DNA of 64,000 nucleotides, from the NCBI GenBank assembly GCA_035331565.1, contig DAOLKO010000017.1:30832-94831 (forward strand), in the 5' to 3' direction. The notes below the pieces were generated by a model. It ran no database searches, had not been told where the DNA came from, and saw only the letters and a program-made list of their open reading frames with translations. The DNA comes from Blastocatellia bacterium (GTDB lineage: Bacteria; Acidobacteriota; Blastocatellia; RBC074). The position numbers were made by a program, and so were the translations under genes. Numbering within the stretch: the stretch's first letter is position 1; each line of letters starts with the position of its first letter. This document shows, piece by piece, positions 44,102 to 53,576 of this stretch.

Positions 44102-47100
44102 ATGATTCGACACTCTTTCTTTTTTGTTGCCGGGCGCGACCGAGCGCGCCGGTTGAGTTTCACATTCGCGGCCGCTTGTCTGCTGGGATTGGCGCTGCTT
44201 TTCGCGCTAAGCCTTCGCCGTGCGACCACGGCCCGCGCGATGTTCGCCACCATCACCGTCACCACCACCGCCGACACTGTCGCCGCCGACGGCCAATGCA
44301 GCCTGCGCGAAGCGATTCAGGCGGCCAACACCAACACCGCCGTCAACGAATGTGCGGCGGGCGCGGCGGGACTCGATACGATTCAATTCAATATCGGCTC
44401 CGGCACTCCAACCATTAATGTGACCAGCGCGCTGCCGACCGTCAGCGATCCGGTCATCATCAACGGCAACACCGGCGGCGCGACGCGCGTGGAATTAAAC
44501 GGCACGAGTGCGGGCGCGGGCATCAGCGGACTGACGATCACAGCGGGCGGCAGCACAGTGCAGGCGTTGGTCATCAATCGCTTCACAGCCAACGGCATTT
44601 CCTTGACGACCAGCGGCGGCAATGCGGTCAGAGGCTGCATCATCGGCCTGAATTCCGCCGGAACGACGGATCAGGGAAACACGCTTGTTGGCGTTTCCGT
44701 CAGCAGCACGGGCAACACCATAGGCGGAACCGAAGCCGGCGACGGCAATGTCATTTCCGGCAACAACAGTGCGGGAATCTTTCTGACCGGCGCGTCCAAC
44801 ACTGTGCAAGGCAACATCATCGGCTTGAACGCGGCGGGAACGGCAGCCGTTGCCAACAGCGTTGGCGGTATTCAAATCAACAACGCGGCCAATAATGTCA
44901 TCGGCGGTACGACGGCAGCGGCGCGCAACATCATTTCCGGCAACACCACGAGCGGGATTCGCATTTTGAACGCCGGAGCATCCAACACGCTGGTGCAAGG
45001 CAATTACATTGGCCCAGACCTCACAGGCGCACTTGACCTGGGCAATACGACGGACGGCGTGTTGATTGACACTGCCGCGCACGACAACACCATCGGCGGC
45101 GCGACGGCAGGTGCGGGAAACGTCATTTCCGGCAATAACAGCGACGGCATCGAAATCAATGGGGCAGCCGCAACTGCCAATTTGGTGCAAGGCAATTTCA
45201 TCGGCACCAATGCGACAGGAACCGGCGCGCTGGGCAACAGCCTGGCTGGGGTGTTTGTCACGGACGCTGCCAACACAACCATCGGCGGGACGACTGCCGG
45301 AGCGCGGAACATCATTTCCGGCAACAACAGCGGCGTTAATCTGAGCGGAGCGAACGCCGCCAACAATCTGGTGCAGGGAAATTACCTCGGCGCGGACGTG
45401 AATGGAACGGCCAGTCTGGCCAATGCCGTCAGCGTGACCATCGCCACCGCCCACGACAACATCATCGGCGGAACCGCCGCAGGTGCAGGAAATGTCATCA
45501 CCAGCATGAGCATTGGCGGACCGACCAATCTGATTCAGGGAAATTTGATCGGCACGAATGCGGCGGGAACGGCTGTGCTTGGTGTCGGTAACGGCGGCGT
45601 GACGATTTCCGCCGATAACAACACCTTTGGCGGAACCACGGCAGCAGCGCGCAACATTGTCGGCGGCCTGACCATCAGCGGCGCGAACAATACCGTTCAG
45701 GGCAATTACGTGGGCACGGATATCACCGGCACCGCAATACTGGGAAACGGAAGCGGCCTGGCTGTCAGCGGCAACAATAACATCATCGGCGGAACAGTCG
45801 CGGGCGCGAAAAATGTGATTTCCGGCAGCTTCTCCACCGGCGTTACGGTGAGCGGAACTGCCAATCAACTACAGGGCAATTTGATTGGAACCAACGCTGC
45901 CGGAACCAATACATTGAGCAATTCCGGCATTGGCCTGTACCTGCTAGGCTCGAATAACACCATCGGCGGAACGACGGCGGCGGCGCGTAACGTGATTGCC
46001 GCGAGCGGCGCGCAAGGCATATTCATCGAAGGCAATTCCAACACCGTGCAGGGCAACTTCATCGGCACGGACATCAATGGGACGGCGAATCTGGGCAACG
46101 TGATGGACGGCATCCGGCTGACCTTCGGCGCACAAGACAATCTGATTGGCGGAACCGTCGCGGGCGCGGGCAATCTCATCGCCTTCAGCGGGCAACGCGG
46201 CGTTTCGCTCAGCTTTTCCTCGACGGCGCAAAACCGGATTTTGGGAAACTCGATTCACTCGAGCGGCAGTCTAGGCATTGATCTGGGGAACAACGGCGTG
46301 ACGGCCAACGATCTGGGCGACGGCGACGGCGGCCCGAACAATCTGCAAAACTTTCCGGCGCTGGTGTCGGTGAGTTCGGGCGTCGGCACAACGACCGTCG
46401 CCGCCGGGTTGAGCAGTGCCGCCGGCACGCTCTACCGAATCGAATTCTTTTCCAATCCATCGTGCGACATTTCAGGCAACGGCGAAGGGCAGGTTTTTCT
46501 GGGTACGGCGGACGTGACGACCGACGCCAACGGCAACACGCCGATCAACGCCGTCTTGCCGGGAAATTTGGCTCCCGGGCACGTGGTGGCGATGACGGCG
46601 ACGGATCCGGCGGGCAACACCTCGGAGTTTTCCGCTTGCGGGGTTTGCACCTTCGGTTTGTCGCCGAGCGCGCAGCCATTTCAAGTGCCCGGCGGCAGCA
46701 ACAGTTTCAACATCACCAGTCAGATCGGCTGTCCGTGGACGGCGGTCAGCAACGATCCCTGGATCACCATCAATTCAGGCGCAAACGGATTCGGCAACGG
46801 CACGGTTGCTTACACCGTGGCCGCCAATGCCGGAGCATCGGCGCGCGTCGGTTCGATCACGGTCGCCGGGCAAACCTTCTTTGTCAGTCAGGCGGCGGTC
46901 GGCGAATTGATTTCGACGGATTTTTCCGGCGGCATTCCGCCCGGTTGGGTAGTCGCTCACGGCGGAACGGGATTTTATCCGGGCGGACAGCCCGCCACCT
47001 GGACGACGGCCAATCCCTGCAATCGCGTGATTCCGTCGCCCTTCGCGCCGCCCTTCGCGATTGTGGATTCGCAATGCGCCGTTCCGCCCGCCACTCAGGA

Positions 47101-49501
47101 TGAATCGCTGATCACGCCGCCCTTTGACGCGACGGGGCAGGGGCAAGTCGTGTTGCGGTTCGACAATCAATTCCGCTGGTTTTCCGGCGGCGACAACGAA
47201 ATCGGCGATGTGGATGTGACCACGGACGACGGCCGGAACTGGATCAACGTTTTGCGCTTTCAGGGCGGAGATGACGGTTTCCCTACTCCCACTGTCCAAA
47301 ATCTGAACCTGACGCCATTTATTGCCGGCAATCCGCCCAATGTGCGCGTGCGGTTTCATTACTACGTGACCGCCGCGCCTCTGTTGGCCAGACACAAGCC
47401 GGTCAAACCGAACATTCCCGTAGGCCAGGAGCTTTCCTGGGGCATAGACCGGCCCGCCATCGTGTCGTTCACCATCGGGCCGACCAATCGAGCCATCGGG
47501 CAGAACGGCGGAACGGGGCAAGTGGCGATAGAGGCCGCTACCAGCGTGCCGTGGACTGCGGAAAGCCACGTTCCCTGGATTCAACTATTAGCCGGTGCCG
47601 GCGTGGGAGCGGGTTCGGTCGGTTATGAAGTGATGCCGAATCTGACCGGCGCGCCACGCTTCGGCACAGCTACGATTGCCAACAACACCTTCACCATTTT
47701 GCAGGACGGCAGTTGTTTGACGATCACCGTCAATCCAACGACTTTGCCCGGCGGCACGGCCGGTATGCCGTATCAGCAAACATTGACGGCCAACGGCGGG
47801 CTTGGACCTTATGTTTTCGCGACCACTGCGGGAAGCTTGCCGAACGGCCTGACTCTTTCTCCAAACGGCGTGCTGACCGGAACACCGACGGCGTTCGGCA
47901 CATTCAACTTCACCGCCGGCGTCACAGACGCCAGCAACTGTACGGGGACGCGGAATTATGAATTGGTCATCAGTGCCGGCTGCGCCGTCACCGTCAGCCC
48001 GTCCGGCCTGCTCGCCGGAACGGTCGGCGCGGCTTATAACCAAACGTTGACGGCCAACGGCGGAACCGCGCCTTACAGTTTCAGCCTCAGCGCAGGCAGT
48101 TTGCCGGGCGGATTGAGTTTGTCCGCCGGCGGCGCGCTGACCGGAATGCCCACGATGGCAGGAAACTTTACGTTCACCGTTCGCGCGACGGACTCTTCGC
48201 CGAGCGCCTGCACCGGCGACCGGCAATACACCGTAACCATCAGCCCGCCCGGCAACGGCTTGCAGTTCTTCCCGCTGCCGCAACCGGTTCGTTTGCTCGA
48301 AACCCGCGCCGGTCTGACGGGCTGCACCACGCCCGGCGCAATCATTGATGCCGGCAGCACGTTCACGCTGCCCGCACGAACGACCTGCGCAGGCATTCCC
48401 GCCAACGCTCAAGCCGTTACCGGTAACATCACGGTCGCGCCCACGGGCGGCGGCTTCCTGACCTTGTTCCCCAGCACGGCGGCGCAACCCACCGTCGCCA
48501 ATTCCAACTTCGGCCCCAACGAAGTCACCAACAACGTCTTCACAGTCGGCTTGGGAGCGGCGGACGGCGCGTTCAAGATTTTCGCCAGCGGCACGACGCA
48601 CGTCATCGTTGACGTGACCGGCTACTACGCGCCTCCGGCATTAAGCGGGGGGGGCGGCTTGTACTTCCATCCTTTGGCCACGCCGGTGCGCTTGCTGGAA
48701 ACGCGCGCGGGCTTGAATGGCTGCTTCGCGCCGGGAGCACAGCTCATCGGCACTGGCGATCCGAACTCCGATCCGAATCAGGATTTCGCCATTCAGGGCC
48801 GTTCGCCAGTGGCTTCGCCTTGCAACTCGATTCCGGCTTCGGCGCAGATGCTGGTCGGCAACGCGACGAGCGTCGTTCCCGATGGCGGCGGCTATTTGAC
48901 GATCTATCCCAGCGGCGGCACGCGCCCATTGATCGCCAGTTCCAACTACAGCGGCAGCGACGTCATCAACGGCCCGTTCACCGTCAAACTCGGCGCGGAC
49001 GGCAAGTTCAAGATTTACACCTTGAGAACGACGCATCTGGTGGTGGACATCATCGGCTATTACAGCGAGGAAGCCGTGGACGCGAGCGGCGTGGGATTGC
49101 TCTTCAATCCTTTGCCGATTCCGGTACGCCTGCTGGAAACGCGCCCGGGCGGGCCGCCGCTGGTCGGCTGTACGCGGACGAACGCGCCGATTCAAGGCAA
49201 TCTGAACGCGGCCACGCATACGCAGCCGGCTGCGGGCTTTTGCGGATTGCCGACGTCGGCGCAGGCGGTGGTCGGCAATGCCTCGGTGGTCAGCACGCCG
49301 GCGGCGGGCTTCCTGACGCTGTTCCCAGGCAATCTGACCATAGCGCCGCTGGTGGCTACATCGAACTACCCGACGCCGGCGGCTTCGGGTTACAACCGGC
49401 ATATTTTCGTCGGGTTGAGCCCGGTGGACGGGACGTTCAAGGTGCTGACGTCAGCCACAACAGACTTGATCCTGGATGCGTCAGGCTATTTCGCGCCCTA
49501 A
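44102..49501 (+). CDS. Giant secreted protein (~1800 aa): N-terminal right-handed parallel beta-helix repeat region, two BACON-like domains, three Ig-like repeats, three C-terminal ~140-aa repeats
   Basis: Start ATG 44102 (MIRHSFFFVAG...LLGLALLFALSL) with a GAGGAG RBS; the track ORF from 44006 would read through the upstream palindrome. CSLREAIQAAN...DTIQF N-motif; GNxxxGxxxG beta-helix repeats; NLQNFP...FFSNPSCD end-cap. Ig-like and BACON-like modules are shared with 42095. Confidence 0.8.
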   Translation: MIRHSFFFVAGRDRARRLSFTFAAACLLGLALLFALSLRRATTARAMFATITVTTTADTVAADGQCSLREAIQAANTNTAVNECAAGAAGLDTIQFNIGSGTPTINVTSALPTVSDPVIINGNTGGATRVELNGTSAGAGISGLTITAGGSTVQALVINRFTANGISLTTSGGNAVRGCIIGLNSAGTTDQGNTLVGVSVSSTGNTIGGTEAGDGNVISGNNSAGIFLTGASNTVQGNIIGLNAAGTAAVANSVGGIQINNAANNVIGGTTAAARNIISGNTTSGIRILNAGASNTLVQGNYIGPDLTGALDLGNTTDGVLIDTAAHDNTIGGATAGAGNVISGNNSDGIEINGAAATANLVQGNFIGTNATGTGALGNSLAGVFVTDAANTTIGGTTAGARNIISGNNSGVNLSGANAANNLVQGNYLGADVNGTASLANAVSVTIATAHDNIIGGTAAGAGNVITSMSIGGPTNLIQGNLIGTNAAGTAVLGVGNGGVTISADNNTFGGTTAAARNIVGGLTISGANNTVQGNYVGTDITGTAILGNGSGLAVSGNNNIIGGTVAGAKNVISGSFSTGVTVSGTANQLQGNLIGTNAAGTNTLSNSGIGLYLLGSNNTIGGTTAAARNVIAASGAQGIFIEGNSNTVQGNFIGTDINGTANLGNVMDGIRLTFGAQDNLIGGTVAGAGNLIAFSGQRGVSLSFSSTAQNRILGNSIHSSGSLGIDLGNNGVTANDLGDGDGGPNNLQNFPALVSVSSGVGTTTVAAGLSSAAGTLYRIEFFSNPSCDISGNGEGQVFLGTADVTTDANGNTPINAVLPGNLAPGHVVAMTATDPAGNTSEFSACGVCTFGLSPSAQPFQVPGGSNSFNITSQIGCPWTAVSNDPWITINSGANGFGNGTVAYTVAANAGASARVGSITVAGQTFFVSQAAVGELISTDFSGGIPPGWVVAHGGTGFYPGGQPATWTTANPCNRVIPSPFAPPFAIVDSQCAVPPATQDESLITPPFDATGQGQVVLRFDNQFRWFSGGDNEIGDVDVTTDDGRNWINVLRFQGGDDGFPTPTVQNLNLTPFIAGNPPNVRVRFHYYVTAAPLLARHKPVKPNIPVGQELSWGIDRPAIVSFTIGPTNRAIGQNGGTGQVAIEAATSVPWTAESHVPWIQLLAGAGVGAGSVGYEVMPNLTGAPRFGTATIANNTFTILQDGSCLTITVNPTTLPGGTAGMPYQQTLTANGGLGPYVFATTAGSLPNGLTLSPNGVLTGTPTAFGTFNFTAGVTDASNCTGTRNYELVISAGCAVTVSPSGLLAGTVGAAYNQTLTANGGTAPYSFSLSAGSLPGGLSLSAGGALTGMPTMAGNFTFTVRATDSSPSACTGDRQYTVTISPPGNGLQFFPLPQPVRLLETRAGLTGCTTPGAIIDAGSTFTLPARTTCAGIPANAQAVTGNITVAPTGGGFLTLFPSTAAQPTVANSNFGPNEVTNNVFTVGLGAADGAFKIFASGTTHVIVDVTGYYAPPALSGGGGLYFHPLATPVRLLETRAGLNGCFAPGAQLIGTGDPNSDPNQDFAIQGRSPVASPCNSIPASAQMLVGNATSVVPDGGGYLTIYPSGGTRPLIASSNYSGSDVINGPFTVKLGADGKFKIYTLRTTHLVVDIIGYYSEEAVDASGVGLLFNPLPIPVRLLETRPGGPPLVGCTRTNAPIQGNLNAATHTQPAAGFCGLPTSAQAVVGNASVVSTPAAGFLTLFPGNLTIAPLVATSNYPTPAASGYNRHIFVGLSPVDGTFKVLTSATTDLILDASGYFAP

Positions 49502-49568
49502 GCCCACAAAGGTTTGGTTTGCGAACTGGTGGCCGGAGCGCGGACATTACAGCATTGGTTTCCGGACA

Positions 49569-49640
49569 GTAACGGTTCAGCCCCAGGTGCGCATCGCTTC
49601 GCACGCTGGAAGCGATGCGCACCTGGGGCTGAACCGTTAC
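49569..49640. repeat. Perfect 32-bp inverted repeat (8-nt loop) between the convergent giant-protein gene and the TonB-dependent receptor gene
   Basis: GTAACGGTTCAGCCCCAGGTGCGCATCGCTTC / GAAGCGATGCGCACCTGGGGCTGAACCGTTAC; verified base by base. Confidence 0.9.
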
Positions 49641-49657
49641 GAACTTCCAACTTGGCC

Positions 49658-52600
49658 TCAGAACGTGACCTTCAATGCAAATTGGATGATGCGCGGATCG
49701 AAGGTTTGCGTTACCTGTCCGAACAACACGCTGGAAATGTTGGTACTCGGATCGCGGAACTGAGCGGAGTTGAACAGATTGAAAAACTCCGCGCGGAATT
49801 CCGTCTTGACCCGTTCGCCGATCAGCGGCGTGACTTTGGTCAGCGCCAGATCGAAGTTCGTGCGGCCTGGGCCGTTGAAGAAATTGCGCGGTGTTGTGCC
49901 GTAAGTGCGCAGCGCCGGATTCGTCACCGCCGCTCGGCCTGAAGTGTCCAATCCGGCGGTGGTGAAATTGGCCGGGTTGAAAAAGTAATTGCCGTTGCGG
50001 TTGTTGAAGCTCTGCGCCTGTTTCACCTCGAAAGTATTGACGGAGCTTCCGGTCAGATTGGCGCGCACCAACCCGCCGTCGCCCGCGCCTGAAGGGCCGG
50101 GCGTGGTGATGTCGTTGAAGAAATTCGCGCCGCCGAATACATCCAGCGGGAAGCCCGTACGCCAGGTGATGATTGGGAACAGATTCCAACCCGCTGTCAG
50201 CCTGTGCGGTCCTTTCGACCAGGCACGGTCAAAGGGCAGTTCCCAACCGCCGCTGAATACCAACCGCTGCCGCACGTCGAAATCCGAAGACGCACGAAAC
50301 TGATTGCTGTTGTAAGTCGGTGCCTGGCTGTTGCGATTTCGGAAGCCGGAGACGGTGTCAATCGAATGTCCCAAGGTGTAGGCCAATTGGAAGCTTGTTT
50401 CACCCAGGAAGCGCGTCACCGAAGGCCGCTTCGACAAGGTCAGTTCCAGACTGTTGAAACTGCCCGTGCCGACGTTGCGGAACTCCGGCAGGAACGCGAA
50501 GGTATTCGCCGCCACGCCCGCTTGCGCGTTGAACAAACGCACCACTCGCGCATCACCCGGCAGGAACGGATTGGCATCCACCAACCCTGTCAGTTTGTGC
50601 GACGAATTGCCGACGTAGCTGGCTTCCACCGCAAGGTCTTTGTAAAGCTCGCGCTGAATGCTCAGGTTGTATTGATAGGTGTACGGCGTGCGCAGATTCG
50701 GATCCACGAAATACACGCCGCTGCCGCCGGCAGGTAAAAATCCGGAAGCCGCGAAATCCACGTTGCCGGCCGGAGGCCGTGAAGGAAAACTATTAGGCAC
50801 ATTCGCGGCAACATAGGGTTGGCTCAAATAATTGACCTCGCGCGTCGGGTTGGCAGTCAAGGTCGGAAGATTGAACCCGCTGAAACCGAAGAAGGGTGCT
50901 TGCCCGTTGAACTGCAAATTGTCCTCGCCTTTCAGAATGTCGTAGAACACGCCGAAGCCGCCGCGCACGCTGGTTTTGCCGTTGCCCCAGGGTGCCCAGG
51001 CAAAGCCTAGTCGCGGCGCGAAGTCATTCTTGTCGGGATGATTCGACCCTTCTGGAATTCCTTGATCGCCTGGGAAAACCAAACCGAGCGGCGCTTTCGT
51101 GAAGCGAGTGGATTGCTGCCCCAGCTTGAGCGAGAACGAACGCCCCTGCAGGTCTTTTTTCGGCGTGCTGTATTCGTAACGCAGCCCATAAGTCAGCGTG
51201 AAATTGCGCGTCACCTTCCACTCATCCTGCCCGAACACAGTGGTCGCTTTGGTGCGGATGTTGGAGGGCGCTTCGGGGAATTGCGTGTAATCGTTCGCCA
51301 GGCCGAGCAGGAAATCCGCAAAGCCGTTGCCGCTGAAGCGCGTGCCGCGAAAACGGAAGCGACCGTTGATGAAGAAATCGAAAACCGTGTTGTTTTGATA
51401 AGGCGTAAACGACGCGCCGAACTTCAGCCCGTGCTTGCCTTTTTGCCAGGTCAGCGTGTCTGAATAACCGAAGGTGTTGTCAATCAAGTTCGTCGGCCCG
51501 CCCCGGCTGAATCCCAGCGTCAAGCCGTTGCCGAAAGCGATTTGTGTTGGGCCGGTCGGGTTGTCCGGCGTGATGCCTATGCCCAAGTCCGCCGGCTTCG
51601 GCAGTTCGCGGGCAGGCACGCTTTGCAGATTGTTGTTGCGCTGCGCCGTGAAACGAAAATCGTTGAGCAGAGTCGGCGAGAAGATTTTCGTGTAAGCGAA
51701 ATTCGAGAAGTAACGACGGTTCTTGGTCGTCACCGGAAAGCCTGAAACATTGGCTTCCGCCGTGAAGGGGATCAACTGCGGGTTGTCCAGCCAACCCAGT
51801 GTCGCCGTGATTTTGTCGTTCGGCGACAGGTTGAAATCGAATTTGAGCGTCAGCTCGTCGTTGTCGTTTTTGGCGGCGCTGCGTGAAATCAGCGAGCCGC
51901 CGGCGGCGGTCGGGATCAGGCCGGCGCTGATGTAGTTTTTCGCCACCGTGTTGATACGCGCCGGATCAATGATGCCTTGCGCGGCCAGCGCCGCATCCGC
52001 TTGGAAATACGGGAAACGTTGCAGGAAGGAAACCACGCCCGCATCCGGGCCGGTGCGCGCGGCGTTTGAGCGCGAAAAATTGCCGCGCAATTCATCCGGT
52101 GTGAAGACAGTGATGGCCGCCGTTGTTTGCGCTTGCGACAGGCGCTGCCCCTGATAGCCGGCAAAAAAGAAAAACCGATCCTTGCCGTTGACGATTTTGG
52201 GAATCCAGATTGGGCCGCCAAAAGTCGCGCCGAATTGATGACGTTTGAGCACATCGCGGCTGCGCCCGTCACGGTTGTTGAAAAAGGTATTGGCGTTGAA
52301 GGCGTCGTTGCGCACGAAATCATAGGCGCTGCCGTGCAGCGCGTTCGTCCCGGAGCGAGTGACGACGCTGATGATGCCGCCGGCATTGCGCCCGAACTCC
52401 GCCGTGAAATTGCTGGTCAGAATGCGGAACTCCGCCACCGCCTCCGGGTTGGGATTGAACACCACGCCATTGCTGAGCAAATTGTTGTTGTTGCCGCCGT
52501 CGAGCAAAAACGTCACCGAATCCGCACGCCCGCCGGCCACCGAGAAACTGCCCGCGCCGCCGTCACCGGGATTGGTTTCAGTCACCCCCGCTTGCAACAG

Positions 52601-53088
52601 CGCCAGGTTGAGCACGTTGCGCCCGTTGAGCGGCGTATTGATGATTTGCCGCCCCGTCACCGATTGGCCCAAAGTCGGATTGACGGTTTCCACATTGGAA
52701 GAAGCCACCGTGATTTCAACCGATTCGCTGCTTGCGCCGACTTCCAGCACGGGGTCGAAGCGCAAAACCTGATTGATCTGCAAGGTTTGTTCGCTGCTCA
52801 CCAATCGTTTGAATCCTTGATGCTCGACCGTCACGCGATAAGCGCCCAGCGGCAACGATGGAACCTGATAACTGCCGTCGGACGCCGTAACGGTTTCGCG
52901 CGCAATGCGCGTCGCCACGTTGGTAACAGTCACTTTCGCTCCGACAATCACCGCGCCCGTCGGATCGGTAACGGTTCCGGCAATGCGTCCCGTAGCGTCT
53001 TGCGCAAATGCCGTTGCGTATATCGTCAGCAAGAGGCCGACGACGAACGCCGGCGCAAACTTACAACTTCCTCTGTTGTGTTTCTTCA
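49658..53088 (-). CDS. TonB-dependent receptor with N-terminal carboxypeptidase-regulatory-like domain
   Basis: Signal peptide (MKKHNRGSCKFAPAFVVGLLLTIYATAFAQ), a CarbopepD_reg-like beta-sandwich, plug and 22-strand barrel ending in the aromatic C-terminal residue F. The start coordinate is approximate to within 1-2 nt: ATG 53088 is off by one from the track's coordinate frame. The track ORF begins at 53215. Confidence 0.85.
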
Positions 53089-53576
53089 TAAGGTCTCCCG
53101 GAATTTGAGCTATTGAGTGAGTGGCTGCTTTTGCAAGCCATACAATTCTTTGAACAAGAATTTGGTGTTGATTTAGGCAAGCAATATGCCGACAGCGAGA
53201 AGTTGGCCGCTGCAATTGCCAACTCCCGGCTCGTAAAAGCAGAGATTCAATTTACTTGCTGTCCTTTTTCTCAACGCCGACGACAGAGGATGCAACAGTC
53301 ATTTTGTGGCGGTGGACGCGCCGGCGAGTTGACCTTTTTGGAGGAGACAATGATTTTTCGGAAGCCCTCTCCAGCGCGGGTTGAAGGCTTTGCTCCGCTC
53401 GACGGGATGCGCTTGTAAATATTTGTAACGGTTGTAGACAGCTTGCAAAAACAAACGAATCTTCGTTCGGACTTCGTCATTGTGCCCGGTATATTGCCGC
53501 CGCCGAACGTAACCATTCGATTGAAGAACAATGTCTGCTCCGCTTGAACCACGCGTGGAGCAAACGAGGGGGAAAA

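Noticed and set aside
44495-48601. Multiple long minus-strand ORFs (44495..45868, 46775..47584, 47588..48601, 48641..49402) inside the giant gene
   Set aside because: Antisense to a 5.4-kb sense ORF with coherent repeat and domain structure. Gly/Arg/Ala-rich artefacts.
53113-53418. 101-aa ORF in the TBDR / FG-GAP divergent intergenic region
   Set aside because: TTG start, no RBS, low-complexity product. More likely non-coding promoter space.
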